A DNA stretch of 64,000 nt from Cyanophora paradoxa CCMP329 (lineage: Eukaryota; Plantae; Glaucophyta): assembly GCA_004431415.1 (NCBI GenBank), contig QPMI01000036.1:248001-312000 (forward strand), in the 5' to 3' direction. A program made the translations under genes and the position numbers. Every line of letters starts with the position of its first letter. Within the stretch, counting starts at the first letter, position 1. Under the pieces are notes generated by a model. It worked only from the letters and a program-made list of their open reading frames with translations. It searched no databases and was not told the DNA's origin. Shown piece by piece: positions 50,656 through 61,781 of this stretch.

Positions 50656-51866
50656 ATGCCGCCATCAGTGAACATGGCACACGCCGTCGCGCCTCAGCCT
50701 GGCCCCGGTGCGCCACCCGCCGGTCTAGCGATGCCTTCCGGGCCCCGCGCGCGCGAGCCCGTATCGCCGTCGCTCGGAAAAGCTGAGAGCGTCCCGTGCT
50801 GACCGCTTGCCGCCGCAGTGCCCAGCAGCTCGTCGGACGCGATACCACCGACTCCGCTGAAACAGTTTTATGAAAGTGGACGCTTCGCGGATTGCTACAT
50901 CCGCGTCGAAGGCACAGGCGCGGTGTTTGCAGTGCACCGGTGCGCGCCCTTCTTTCTCCGTGCCGCGGCCACTGGGCCGCTTGTTTGACGTTGTTTGCTC
51001 AGGGTGATCCTGGCGCTGCACAGTAGAGTGTTGGAAAAACTGGTACAGACCTCGACATTCGGTGAGACCCAGAGCGCGAGCGCGCGCGAGGTCAGAGCGT
51101 GCCGCGCTGACGGTCGGCGCGCGCAGACCGGACGGCGCCGATAGCGCTGCGGTTGGACTCTCCGGCGCTGGACGCGGTGTTCGGGGAGGTGCTCTCGTAC
51201 GTGTACGGGCGGGGCGTGGCGATTCGGGAGTCGAACGTGGTGCCGCTGTACCTGCTCGCGCTCGACCTCGAGGTCGGCTCGCTGCGCAAGGCGGCCCTCG
51301 ACGCGGCGCGCGGCATCGTGGAGGCCGAGCCGGCGCAGGCCGCCGTGCTGCTGCGCCAGCTCGTCCGCACGCGCCCCCCGCACGCGGCGCGGCCGCTGGC
51401 GCGCGAGGACCCGCTTGCCGGGGCGCTCGCCTCGGAGATCGCGGCGCGGGTGCCGGAGCACGCCGACGGGAAGCGGCTGCTGCGGGAGCTGCGGGAGGTG
51501 GCGGACGAGGAGGAGCTGCTGGCCCTGCTCGACCGCCTGCGGGGCGTCGAGGCGGCGCTCAGGGCCTCCCCCGAGCTCCTCTCCGCCTCCACCCGCGACC
51601 GCGCCGTCGAGGCCCGCGAGGCCAAGCGCCGCCGCGCCGACGAGCAGCGCGGGCGCGGCGACGGCGAGGAGGCCGCCGCCCTCTTCCGCCTCGACGAGGA
51701 GGCGGACGAGGAGGAGCCGGCGTCGGCGGCCGGCTCGCTGGCGCGCTTCACGGAGGAGGACGAGCGCCTGATGCAGGGCTTCGTGCAGGCCCTCAACATC
51801 GGGCCCTCGCAGCCGATCGCCGTCCCCCGCCGCGTCCGCCCCGCCAACATCGACTTCGTCATCTAG
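50656..51866 (+). CDS. BTB/POZ-domain protein (start uncertain)
   Basis: FYESGRFADCYIRVEGTGAVFAVHR-VILALHSRVLEKL..DAVFGEVLSYVYG..NVVPLYLLALDLEVGSLR. Confidence 0.8.
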
Positions 51867-52666
51867 CCGCACCCCCGCCCCGCTCCACCCCTCATTGTCA
51901 CTGAGTCACCACTTTTTTTTTCGAGTTTCCCGCTTCGCGTAGCCTAGTACTAGTAACGAAGGGCTAGTTTTAGGTAGGCTTGCCGGGGGCAACAGGGGTA
52001 TACTATAGGTCTCCGGGAGATATCGATAGGTCTTGCTAAGTTGTCGTACTCAGTGACTGTTGTCATCGAAGGTGATATTGATCGATTGAATTCATTATTC
52101 ATAATTCCCGGAGTCCCGTATGGCCATCATGGCGTTGCGCAAAGCACGGATACCAACACACGAGAACCTGGCCCAGTGGGACCCAGACTACCAAAACGCA
52201 CTCTAGCGAAATACTCCGACCTCGTTCAATACATTCTGCCCTCTCTAGATCTGCCTTCTGAATGAAATCGGTTATGCACAAGACTCTGAGAGGCTCAGGG
52301 CTATCAAATGCAGGTATTACGGGTGTCCGAAACACATAAAAAGATCCTCACCCCACCATCACATTCAACGATACCTAACCCGAGTCACAATATTTAATTC
52401 TACGATCCTACTCCCAATCTTGGTGCGCTACCCAACCCCACCCCACTATCGAACACACTGCAAGCTACGTATGAAAGGCTACGAAACTAGCGAAATTATT
52501 GCTACGTGCTCCGGAACCCGGGGCTCAAAATTGCAATAAAGCTACTGGTACATGGAGTTACACTTCAAAGAAAGGAGGGGGGCGGCCCCGCGGCTGAAAA
52601 AGCGCCGGGCAGGGAGCGGCCCCCCCGCGTCAACAAGTACAACAACAGAGAAAGGGCGGCTAGGGC

Positions 52667-53860
52667 CTAGAAGGCCGGGGAGCAGACAACGCTGCCGTCG
52701 AGGCGCTCGATGGGGCTGCACGAGAGCGCCCGCCGCTCGGCGGCCGTGGGCGAGGAGCCGGGCGAGGAGGCGGTCGAGGCGGCGCCGCTCGAGGCGCTGC
52801 GGGCGCGGCCCAGGCGCTCCAGCGGCGGCACCTCGATGGCGGGGAGGGGCGAGGGCGGCGGCACGGGGGAGCAGGGGGCGGCGGGGGAGGCCGCGCCCCC
52901 GCAGCAGCTCCCGCCGTCGCTGAGGAGGCCGTCGTGGAGGCACAGCGGCGGGGCGGCGTCCACGGGGAGGAGGCGCGGGGGCGCCGGGGAGGCGCAGGGC
53001 GTCGGGCCGGCCGAGGGGATCGGCGAGAGCGAGGGGACCCAGTGCTGCGCCCCGTGCTGCCCGTGCCCGTGCCCCTGCTGGCCCGTCGCCCGACGCAGCC
53101 ACTTCCTGCACGCCGCCGGGTCGCACACGGGGCGGGGGCGGGGCGGGGAGGGGCGGGGCGCACATGAGGCCGCCGGCGAAGTGCTGGCAGTTGGCCCACT
53201 TAAGGACGTAGACGGGCTCCTGCTTGTGCACCCAGTCCGAGACGGCAACGAGGGGCAGCGCGCGCGCCTCGTCGACCACCACCTCCTCCTCGAGGAACGC
53301 GCTCTCCAGCCCGGCGTCCGTGCCGCCCCAGCGGATCCCCTCCTCCTTGCACGCCTCCAGCGAGTCGCGGCGGATGAAGCGGATGTCCCCGTTGTGGCAC
53401 TTCTGCAGCACGTAGAACGTCCCCGCGTGCGTCTCCAGCTGCTCCCCCGTGAGGCCCCGCGCACGCGCGCCGGCGCGGGCGGCGGCGCACGGTGATGAAG
53501 TGGTGCTCAGGGCGCGGCATCTCCGCGTCCACGCCGAGCAGCCGCGCCGGGCCCAGCGCGAGCGCGTTCACCATGTCCACGAGCGGGTTCTGCGCCCCGG
53601 CAAGCGTCACGCAGGGGCCGGCGGGAGAGCCGAAGAGGCACAACTAGCGGACGGGCGCCCGGTCTCGCCCGCGTCGCGCTGGGCACTCTAAATTACGATA
53701 TAACTGCGTGACCGCGGGCCGGCGCAGGGAGGCGCGGGGAGACGCGCTGCGCACCACCAGGCGCGACGCCGAGAGGATCAAGGGCGCGCTCCACAGCGCC
53801 ACTCTCTTGACCGGCTCTTGCGCACGCACGTCAAGCAGGGACTTTGCCGCGACAATGTTC
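52667..53860 (-). CDS. Permuted papain-like (PPPDE/DUF862- or LRAT-like) peptidase; 5' end unresolved
   Basis: EHHFIT-LETHAGTFYVLQK (His) followed by YVLKWANCQHFA (NCxxF Cys motif); Ser/Pro-rich tail; stop at 52667. Confidence 0.6.
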
Positions 53861-54127
53861 CTGCCGCGCGGTCAGCCGGGCCGCCGGGGGAAGATTCGAG
53901 AAGGCAACTGACCCTCGTGCGCGCTCCGCGCTTATTATCTCGTCGGTCAGGTGCACGGAGAAGGCGCCCACAAAAGCACCGACAGGGCCGCCCACCACCA
54001 AGCCCGCGGCCCCAGCGGCAAGTCTTGTCAGAACTGCCCCGGGTGATTAGGAGGGACTCGTGAAAAGAGACGGCGCGGAGCGGCTCGGGGGAGAAGACGA
54101 GCTTTGTCGCCGATCAATTCACTCTAA

Positions 54128-56086
54128 ATGGCAATCTGGATGGGTCTGCGGGGCGGCGAACCCATCTCCGGAATCGTCTCGACCCTGCGGGCCGGTAGCT
54201 CTTCGAGGGAGCTGGAGGGATCCACAGCAGCCGGAGCCTTGCTCTCCACCGACGTGCCCCTCTCTGCCCCGCCGGCAGAGAGGTGTAGGAAGGAGTGCTT
54301 CCGGCGCGCCGTCGATCCACGTGATCTAGACTGTGAGGAGTTGTTCGAAAGATGCTGGGCGACGATCGACGCTCTTTCTCGAGGCCGACGCTGATGAGGA
54401 AGTTTTCTACTTAAGAGGAAGGTGATCTGGTTTCTGTATCCCCCAGCTGATTCTTCCCCCCCTGGAAGCACGCCGAGCTCACGGCCGTACGCGTCTGGCG
54501 TGACTTTATAGCCTTTAGCATGCATATGCGAGGGATCCGCGACCCGGCGGTCCCGCCCTGCAGGCCGATCGGCGCCTTCGCGGCGGTGCCGCCGTCGCCG
54601 ATCGGGCGGGCGCTGCGCCCGTCGTTCGCTACGGCACCTATTCCGGCAGCACGTGCATCCTCGCGTTTCCGGGGTCGGAGGCGGCGAGCTGCGCCCGACG
54701 CGGCAGTGCGCTTCGAAGCGCACTACCGGGCGGCGACGGCGCTGGAGGACGAGGGCGCGCGGCGAGACTTCCAGCTGCGGGTATTGGCGGCGATGCGGCC
54801 GTACTTTGAGCAGCGCCTCGCGGCGGCAGAGGCGGAGGACGCGCTGCGCGAGGTCGACGACGGCCTCGCCGACAAGTCCGAGGCGGCGGAGGAGGACGCG
54901 GGCGAGTCCGGAGTGGCGCCGGAGCTCGCGGTGAGGACGGCGGAGCTGCGCGCGCGAGCGGCGGCGCTGCGGGGTGCGATGCTGGAGCTGCAGGGGGCGC
55001 TCTTCGCGGAGGAGGTAGCGCGGGTGCGGGAGGACCCCGTGCTCGACCTTCTGTGGCCCAACTTCCTCCGCCCCCCCGCCCGCCGCCGCTCCCCGCGCCG
55101 CGAGAAGGAGGCGCGCCTGGAGCTCCGGGGGTACGCCTCGGAGGGGCCCCTCCCCGAGGGCGGGGCGCTGCTGGGGGAGCGCCTCTGCGAGGGCCTGCGC
55201 GAGGTCCTCCGCACCCGCGCCGCCCTCGCCGGCCACGCCGCCCCGACACCGCCCCCGCGTGCCCCTGCGCCGGCGCCGGCGGCGGTGGAGGAGGTGCCCG
55301 AGCGGTGGTGGAGTACCTGCGGGGCGGGCGCGGCAGGGGCCCCGCCCGCGCCTCCTCGAGCTCGCCGCGGGGGAGGCGGGGAGGGCGGGGCGGGCGGGGT
55401 GGCGGGGCGGGGCCGGGGGAGCTGGCGGCGCTGCTGCTGGCGTTCGACCTGGGTACCGGCGGGAGGTGGAGGAGGCGCTCGCGCACCTCGAGGCGGCCGT
55501 GCGCGAGCTCGAGGAGCCGGCCCGCACCGTCCGCGCCCTCCTCCCCTCCTGCACCCTCCTCCTCCGCCTCTCCCACCGCCGCCGCCTCGTCCAGGCCCGC
55601 CCGCCCCGCCCCGCCCTGCCCCGTCGCGCCGGGAGGGGCGTGCGAGGCGGGGCGGGCAGGTGAAGCTGGAGCGCGGGGACGACGCGGTGACGGCCGCTCT
55701 CGCTGTCGAGCGCCTCACGGGCCTCTTCGCGCGCCCCGAGGGGCCCGACCTGAAGGCCCGCCGCGCCTGCCCTCCCGCCCCGGGCCGGCGGCGGCTGAGG
55801 GTGGGGCAGCGGCTGGCGCGGGCGGGGTGCCCCTCGACCAGGTCGTCGACGCCGGCTACGCGTGCGCCCCGCCCCGCCAGCGCAGGCCGCCCCGGGGCCG
55901 GCGGGGGCTGAGGGCGGGGCGGCGCGCAGGGCCGTGCTGGTGGAGGAGTTCGACGGGGAGCCCGAGCCGCTGGGCCCCGAGGAGCTCGCCGCCGCCCTCG
56001 ACTTCCGCCGCGGGGCCGACCCGGGCGCCCTCGCCGCCCGCCTCTCCCTCGCCGCCGCCCACCTCCTCCCCGACGACGACCCCTGA
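54128..56086 (+). CDS. Helical protein of unknown function
   Basis: Coding-like exons (DLDCEELFERCWATIDALS; AVRFEAHYRAATALEDEG..; YRREVEEALAHLEAAVRELEEP; VLVEEFDGEPEPLGPEELAAAL) separated by typical C-rich..GCAG introns; start uncertain. Confidence 0.55.
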
Positions 56087-56128
56087 CCCGCGCCCTCTGA
56101 ATTCCACACTCTCGTCTGCCTGCACAGG

Positions 56129-56987
56129 CTACCGGCCCCGCTGCCGCTCCTCCTCCTCGCGCTCCAGAGGGCCCATGTTCTTCCGCCACCACACCTCCGC
56201 CGCCGCCCTGCCGGGCGGGGATCTAGCACCACGCGGGGGCTGGAGCGGGGGCGCGCACGCGGCGGCGAGGGTCGGGAGGAAGACGAAGCAGAGGAGCACG
56301 ACGGGGAGCGGCGGGTACGTGTCCGGCGTCGGGAAGACCCGCGGGCCCCCCTGCGCGCGCCGCCTCAGCGGGGGCGCCGCCCGCGGCGCTCGATCCCGGC
56401 GGAGCAGAGCGCGCGCACCTCTTTGATGAGGACCTGCAGCGGGGCGGGGCGGGTGGAGTCAGATCGGGGCGGCGCGGGGGCAGCGCAGGGCAGGGCCCCG
56501 GCTCACGGCCAGAGCGACGGTTCCAACGGCGATCTGATGGGGCGCGAGCGCGCGTCAGGAAGCCGCATCGGCCGCGCCGGCGCCGCAGGGGGCCCGCACC
56601 TTTCCGAAGAAGACGGTGTCGCTCTCCACTCTCGGCCCCTGCGTCGCGGCTCGGCTCAGCGTGTGGCGCGGCGGGAGCGACGCCGCGGCGCGCCTTGTCG
56701 TTCTCTGCAGAGCACGTGATCGCCGCTCGCCTCGCCGCGCGGCCGTCGCACGGCCGGGTCGACTTTGGCGCAGCGTGTGGGCTCCAGCTCGGGCAGACAG
56801 GACGCACGCCGCGCCCGGCGAGGGTCCAGGCGAACTGCCGCGCGTGCCCGAAGGCCGCGTCGCCCCGCCTTCGCTGCAGCTCCGTTGTTGGCCGCGCTGG
56901 GCCCGCCAAGCACGCGCTGGAGATCCACGCGTTCGGGCTTGCGTGTGCTGCGCAAGCTCCGGCAAGAGATAGCGAGAACGCTGCCAT
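56129..56987 (-). CDS. Plastid-targeted small two-TM membrane protein, cyanobacterial/plant conserved-hypothetical type
   Basis: MAAFSLSLAG.. presequence; spliced mature part FFGK-IAVGTVALA-VLIKE-GGPRVFP..VVLLCFVFLPTLAAAAAAEVWWRK, resembling from memory a cyanobacterial 'IKYGGP..LPT..WWR' family; stop 56129-56131. Confidence 0.65.
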
Positions 56988-57045
56988 CCTGGGGCTAAAC
57001 CGCCAACTTGCCGGCTCAGTTCGTCCACGCTGTATCCCCCCAGCG

Positions 57046-58657
57046 ATGGCCAACGCGCCGAGGCCTGCCTTCGCGGGGCCTATAGCGGCGCTCTTCAGGC
57101 CACCAGGAATCGTATTAGCCGGTCTGCGTTCCCGCTCCGGCCGCTCTGGCGCGATCAGATTTCTGAAGGCCTGCGTACGTGCGCTCCCCGCAGGTCACGG
57201 CCTTCAGATTTCGCATAGCTTAGAGCGACGGTCGGTCAGAAGTCATCAGTAAGCAGCCCGATCGCGCGTGGCGTGCGGGCGTCGTCCTCGCACTGACCAG
57301 CCTCCCCGCAGGCCTCTGCTGACGTTCGAGGCGCGGGCGCTGCGCTCACAGTGGCTCTGCGGAGATGCAGGAAGCGGACTTCTCAGGCGCTCTGCGCTCC
57401 TTGGGAGCGCGCAACGGGGCCTGGCCGTCCCGGGCGCTGCGCCGGCTGGCGACCGCCCCGCGCGATCCACAGGCGGTGCCGAAGGCACGCCAGCTATCCG
57501 AGGCCTTAGCTACGCGCGCTCAGGAGACGGTTGCGTGCCCGCAGATGCGCCTCCGGTGACGCTGGTCTCGGCGGAGGAGGCGGCACGAGCGGCGCCGGCG
57601 AGGCAGTCGACGGCGCCGAAGAAGAGCCTGGGCCAGAACTGGCTGATCGACAAGAACATTGCGCTGAAGATCGTCCAGGCGCTGCGGCTCCCGCTGCAGT
57701 ACCACCCGGAGTCGCGCAACGCTGCGCCGCGGGTCGTCGAGATCGGCCCCGGGCGGGGCGCCCTCACGGCGCTCATTGCGGGGGAGTACCCCCCGCCGGA
57801 GCACCGGATTACCGCGATCGAGCTCGACCAGCGCTGGATCGGCGAACTGCGGGAGCGCTTCCCCGCCGTCGACGTCCGCCACATGGGCGCGCGCTGCCCC
57901 CCCCCGCCCGGCCCCGACCCCGCCCGACGCGCCCGCCCAGACGTGCTGAAGGCGAGCTGGGCGGAGATCGCCGAGGTCCCGGAAGGCGAGCTGCCCCCCC
58001 CACCCCCCCCCCCTCCCTTCCCGAGCCCCTCCGAGGGTGGCGGCAGGCGGGCCGGAGCAGCGGCTGGACGTGATCGGGAACCTGCCGTACAACATCACGT
58101 CGGAGATCCTGTTCTCGCTGATCGGGGGGAGCGAGTACATCCGCCAGGCGGTCATCATGATGCAGCTCGAGGTCGCCCAGCGCCTCGTCGCCGAGACCCG
58201 CACCAAGGCCCCCGCCCCCGCCGCCCCCGCCCCGCCGCCCTCTGAGCCGGCCCCCCGCAGTCGTACGGCATCCTCTCCGTGATGACGCAGCTCTACAGCG
58301 TGCGCCCCCAGATCGTCATCAAGGTGCCCCCGACCTCCTTCCGCCCCATGCCCGCCGTGCGCCCCTCGGCCCCCCGCCTCGCCTGTGCGCCGCCCCTCGC
58401 TCGGGGCCGACGCGAGGGGCAGGTGAACAGCGCCGTCGTGCGGCTCCAGTTCCCGCCCCGCGGCGAGGGCGCCGCCGGCCACGCCCTCGTGCCGCCCCGA
58501 CCCCGCACCCCGCCCCGCGCCTGGCGAGCGGGGCGGGGGCGGGCAGGCGGGGGCGGGACGACGCACGGGGAGGTGAAGCGGGTGGTGCGGACGGCGTTCC
58601 AGCAGCGGCGCAAGACGATGCGCAACTCCCTCGCCTCTGTCGTCGAGGCGCGCCCGC

Positions 58658-58688
<31 letters not shown>

Positions 58689-58922
58689 CTGCCCCCGTGT
58701 CCCCACCGCGCGCCGCCGACCCCGCGTGACGCGGCGGCAGGAGACGGGGCGGGAGCTGCCGGCGGAGTGGGCCATCCGGCGCCCCGAGGAGCTGCAGCCG
58801 CTCGAGGCGCGCCGCCGGCACCCGCCTCCTCTCTCCGCGCTTGACGCGCCCTGCAGTTCGTGCGCCTCGCGCGCTACTTCTTCGACGAGACCCCCTTCGA
58901 CCTCGCCGCCCCGAGTGCCTAG
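57046..58922 (+). CDS. rsmA: 16S rRNA adenine dimethyltransferase RsmA/KsgA, organelle-targeted (probably plastid)
   Basis: PKKSLGQNWLID, VVEIGPGRGALT, AIELDQR, VIGNLPYNITS, MMQLEVAQRL, YGILSV, FRPMPAVNSAVV, AFQQRRKTMRNSL, RPEELQPLEFVRL; N-terminus MANAPRPAFAG joined through a GTAAGC intron (~57249-57311). Confidence 0.93.
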
Positions 58923-59029
58923 GAGGCACCCCCCCCAGCCGCCGACATCCCCCGCGCCCCTGCCCTCGGGCCCTCCACACACTGTCACAGTGTGAGAGCC
59001 GAACAGACGAGAGACCATCGGACTGCTTA

Positions 59030-59730
59030 GGCCCCTGAGGCTGCAGCACCGCATCGTCGCGATCGAGTCGCGAGCCTCTGAAGCCAGGCCCCAGGCGCTG
59101 CTGCAGCCTCAGGGCCTGGCAGTGCCGTGGGGGCCCGGGGCCGTCGGACGGGCAGTCACTGAGTGCGGCAGTGCGGCAAGGGTCATCAAGCGCTAGCAGG
59201 CTGCTGTGCATGTGCATGTGCACAGTGCATGCCATGATGATCTTGGCCATGGCGGCTCTTTTAAAAATATTGCCGCAGTGCCACGGTGCTAGCGGCGACG
59301 CGCGCAGCCCCGGCCCGCGCGCATGCGCAGTGAACGGTGCCCATATGCATGCACTGCGGCATATGGCAATCCCGGATGTCGATCCGGACGTCCCGGAGTC
59401 CGCGGCCGGTCACTGAGTCATTGAGTCAACGTTAACGTTGCCACGGCCAAAGCCAATTTGAAAGCCAGGAAAGCCTGACTTGTGGAGGTTTGACGCAAAA
59501 TGAGAAGCTTGAATTTCGAATCTAATCCGCCGGGCCGATAATCGATACTATGATATCATGATGCTGGCTATATAGCTCAGCGGCTAGCGCTAAAAAAGCT
59601 TAAAGGCTTTCGCATGCACACAAGTCGAATTAGAAATCCGATGATCACTGAAAATATTAATGCATATGATCATGATCAGACAATGACCGGTCGGGCCCGG
59701 CCACGCTCGCAGGCCCTGAGGCTTGGCGGC
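59030..59730. repeat. Palindrome-rich spacer between convergent genes
   Basis: TGTGCATGTGCATGTGCACA, TCCGGACGTCCCGGA, TCACTGAGTCA 59410-59420, CAACGTTAACGTTG 59427-59440, ATGATATCATGA, GCTATATAGC, ATGCATATGATCATGATCA. Confidence 0.8.
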
Positions 59731-59960
59731 GGTCGAGATATACAATAAACGAACGCGGAATCAAAAAAGCAATTGCCAAGTTGCGGAAGAGTGAAAATTC
59801 TGAAGAGGCTATGAAACCTATATGAACCATGGCATTGAAAATTGAAAACTACGATACTGAGCTCGGTGGAATCTGTGAAGGTTGCCGCGGCCGCGGCCGC
59901 AGCCTTGGGCCTGGCAAAAATACGCTAGCACAGGGCGGGAGGTGGGGCAGTGGGCGGGGC

Positions 59961-61662
59961 CTATGCGGCGCGGGTGGAGGTGGAGACGGCGCCGGTGCGG
60001 CGCTTGGCGTAGAGGCGGGCGAGGAAGGCCTCGAAGAGGCGCTGGTCGTCGGTGCCGAGCACGAACTTGCGCTCCTTGCCCTCCACCGCCGCCTTCAGCT
60101 TCAGCGCGTACGCGAAGCCGGCGTACGGCTTGCGTTCGACCTCGTACACCTCGCGCAGCTCGAAGAGCGCCCGCCGCTCCCCGTGGTTGTTCAGCTCGTC
60201 GAGCCTGCCAAGGGGCGGGGGCGGCGACGAGTCGCGGGGTCAGTGGCTCCCAGGGCGATGGCGGGGGCGACGGGCAGCGGCGCACGTGTTCTCGCCCATG
60301 AGGACGTTCTTGGCGACCCTGCGGCCCGCTCATGAGGGGGCAGGCGGGGGGATCCCGCGGCGGGGGCGCGGCGGACCACTTGGTGGAGAGGGCGCGCTTC
60401 TCGCGGAAGAAGACGTTGCCGACGATGGCCTCCGCCTCGGGGCCCGCCGCCAGGCTCGCTCGCCGCGCCCCTGCCCCGCCCTTCGACTGCCCAAGCGCGA
60501 GCGCCTCGAGGCTCCCGATCGTCGCCGCCTTGTGCACGATCTCCTCCCCGATCGCCTGTCCCGCCGCGCCCCGAGGCCGCCGTCACGCTTCCCCCCGCCG
60601 AGATCGACAATCTAGATCTGGATGTAGAAGCAGCGGCGGCGACTGCGCGGCTGCGCGGCGGGAGCGGCGCACGGGCTTGTGCTCGTGCTCCTCTTCCTCC
60701 TCCGGTATCTTCTCCTGCTTGTCGATCGCCCGCTTCTGCTTCTCCAGGTCTGCCCACGAGCGAATGTGCTGAGTGCGAGGACGCATGCGATCGCACGCTC
60801 CGAAGGATCGAGCTCGAGTCGGCGTCGCGTCGCGCCGACGTCGTACGCGTCGTGTGCGCATGCAGATCTAGATCTCACTTGTGGCACGGCGCACCTTCCA
60901 TGAGGGCGAGCTTGATACTATTTGAGCGTCCGCTGGCCAGCATCACCTTCTTGTCGGCTACCCGCTCCGCCTTCTGCTGCACGTCAAGATCGCCGCCGAG
61001 CTTTGAACCGTCCGCGTCAACCTCGTGCAGCTTTCCCACTGCCGACACCTTCTTCTTCTCTTCATGGAGCTGTGACATGAGATCCATAGCGATCCTGTGC
61101 TGCGCCTCAGGCGCGGATCGCGTATTGCGTACGCGTACGCGCGCGTGGGGCGCAGCTTTGGCTAGCGCTAGCTCGGGCGAGTGCGGCGGCTGCGCTGCTG
61201 GGCGGGTGTACGCACGATCCGCCCATCCTCGCTCCGAGACGCTTCTTGCTGGCCTCCGTTGCCATCGCTGAATCGTCGGTCTTGATCTCCAACTGGCAAC
61301 AAAAACTGATCTGCCGCGCTGGCGCACGAGCTGCGACAGGTCCCGTGATGCTTTCAAGACTTTTTCAGCTTTGAGCTGCTGTCGACCACGCGCGGGGCTG
61401 TGTGCCGGAGCGGGCGGCTGCTTGACTCGGTGATGCGTCCCAACCCTGACCCTCCGATAGCAGCACGTACCCCAAGTCCCACACTTCGGGTACGCGAAAC
61501 CGTAACCGAACTCGAGGCCCAATGCCGTACGTGGAGCCGCTCCTTGTGGCGGCACAGACAGGACCGGACAGCATCAATGGTGAGCTCGTTACTCGCCGAC
61601 TTCGTCCGCTTTCGCTGCCGGGCCCCACGCGCCGGCGCTGAAGTCTTTCTCTGCGCAGACAT
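59961..61662 (-). CDS. Protein with C-terminal PH-like domain (start uncertain)
   Basis: IVGNVFFREKRALSTKW-VAKNVLMGEN..FELREVYEVERKPYAGFAYALKLK..RKFVLGTDDQRLFEAFLARL; charged N-terminal exons. Confidence 0.55.
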
Positions 61663-61781
61663 CCTTGGATTCTCGACGAACAAGCTCCAGGTGCGCCCTG
61701 CAAGGAAACCGCTCGAACTCCACGGCTGCGCACCGCTAAGCCCCGAAGCTCAGTGCACAAGCGCCTAATCTCTAGTAGCTC

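Noticed and set aside
54510-54530. Overlapping divergent ATGs within GCATGCATATGC
   Set aside because: The + gene more plausibly starts at 54128, and the minus ORF could not be spliced to the downstream peptidase.
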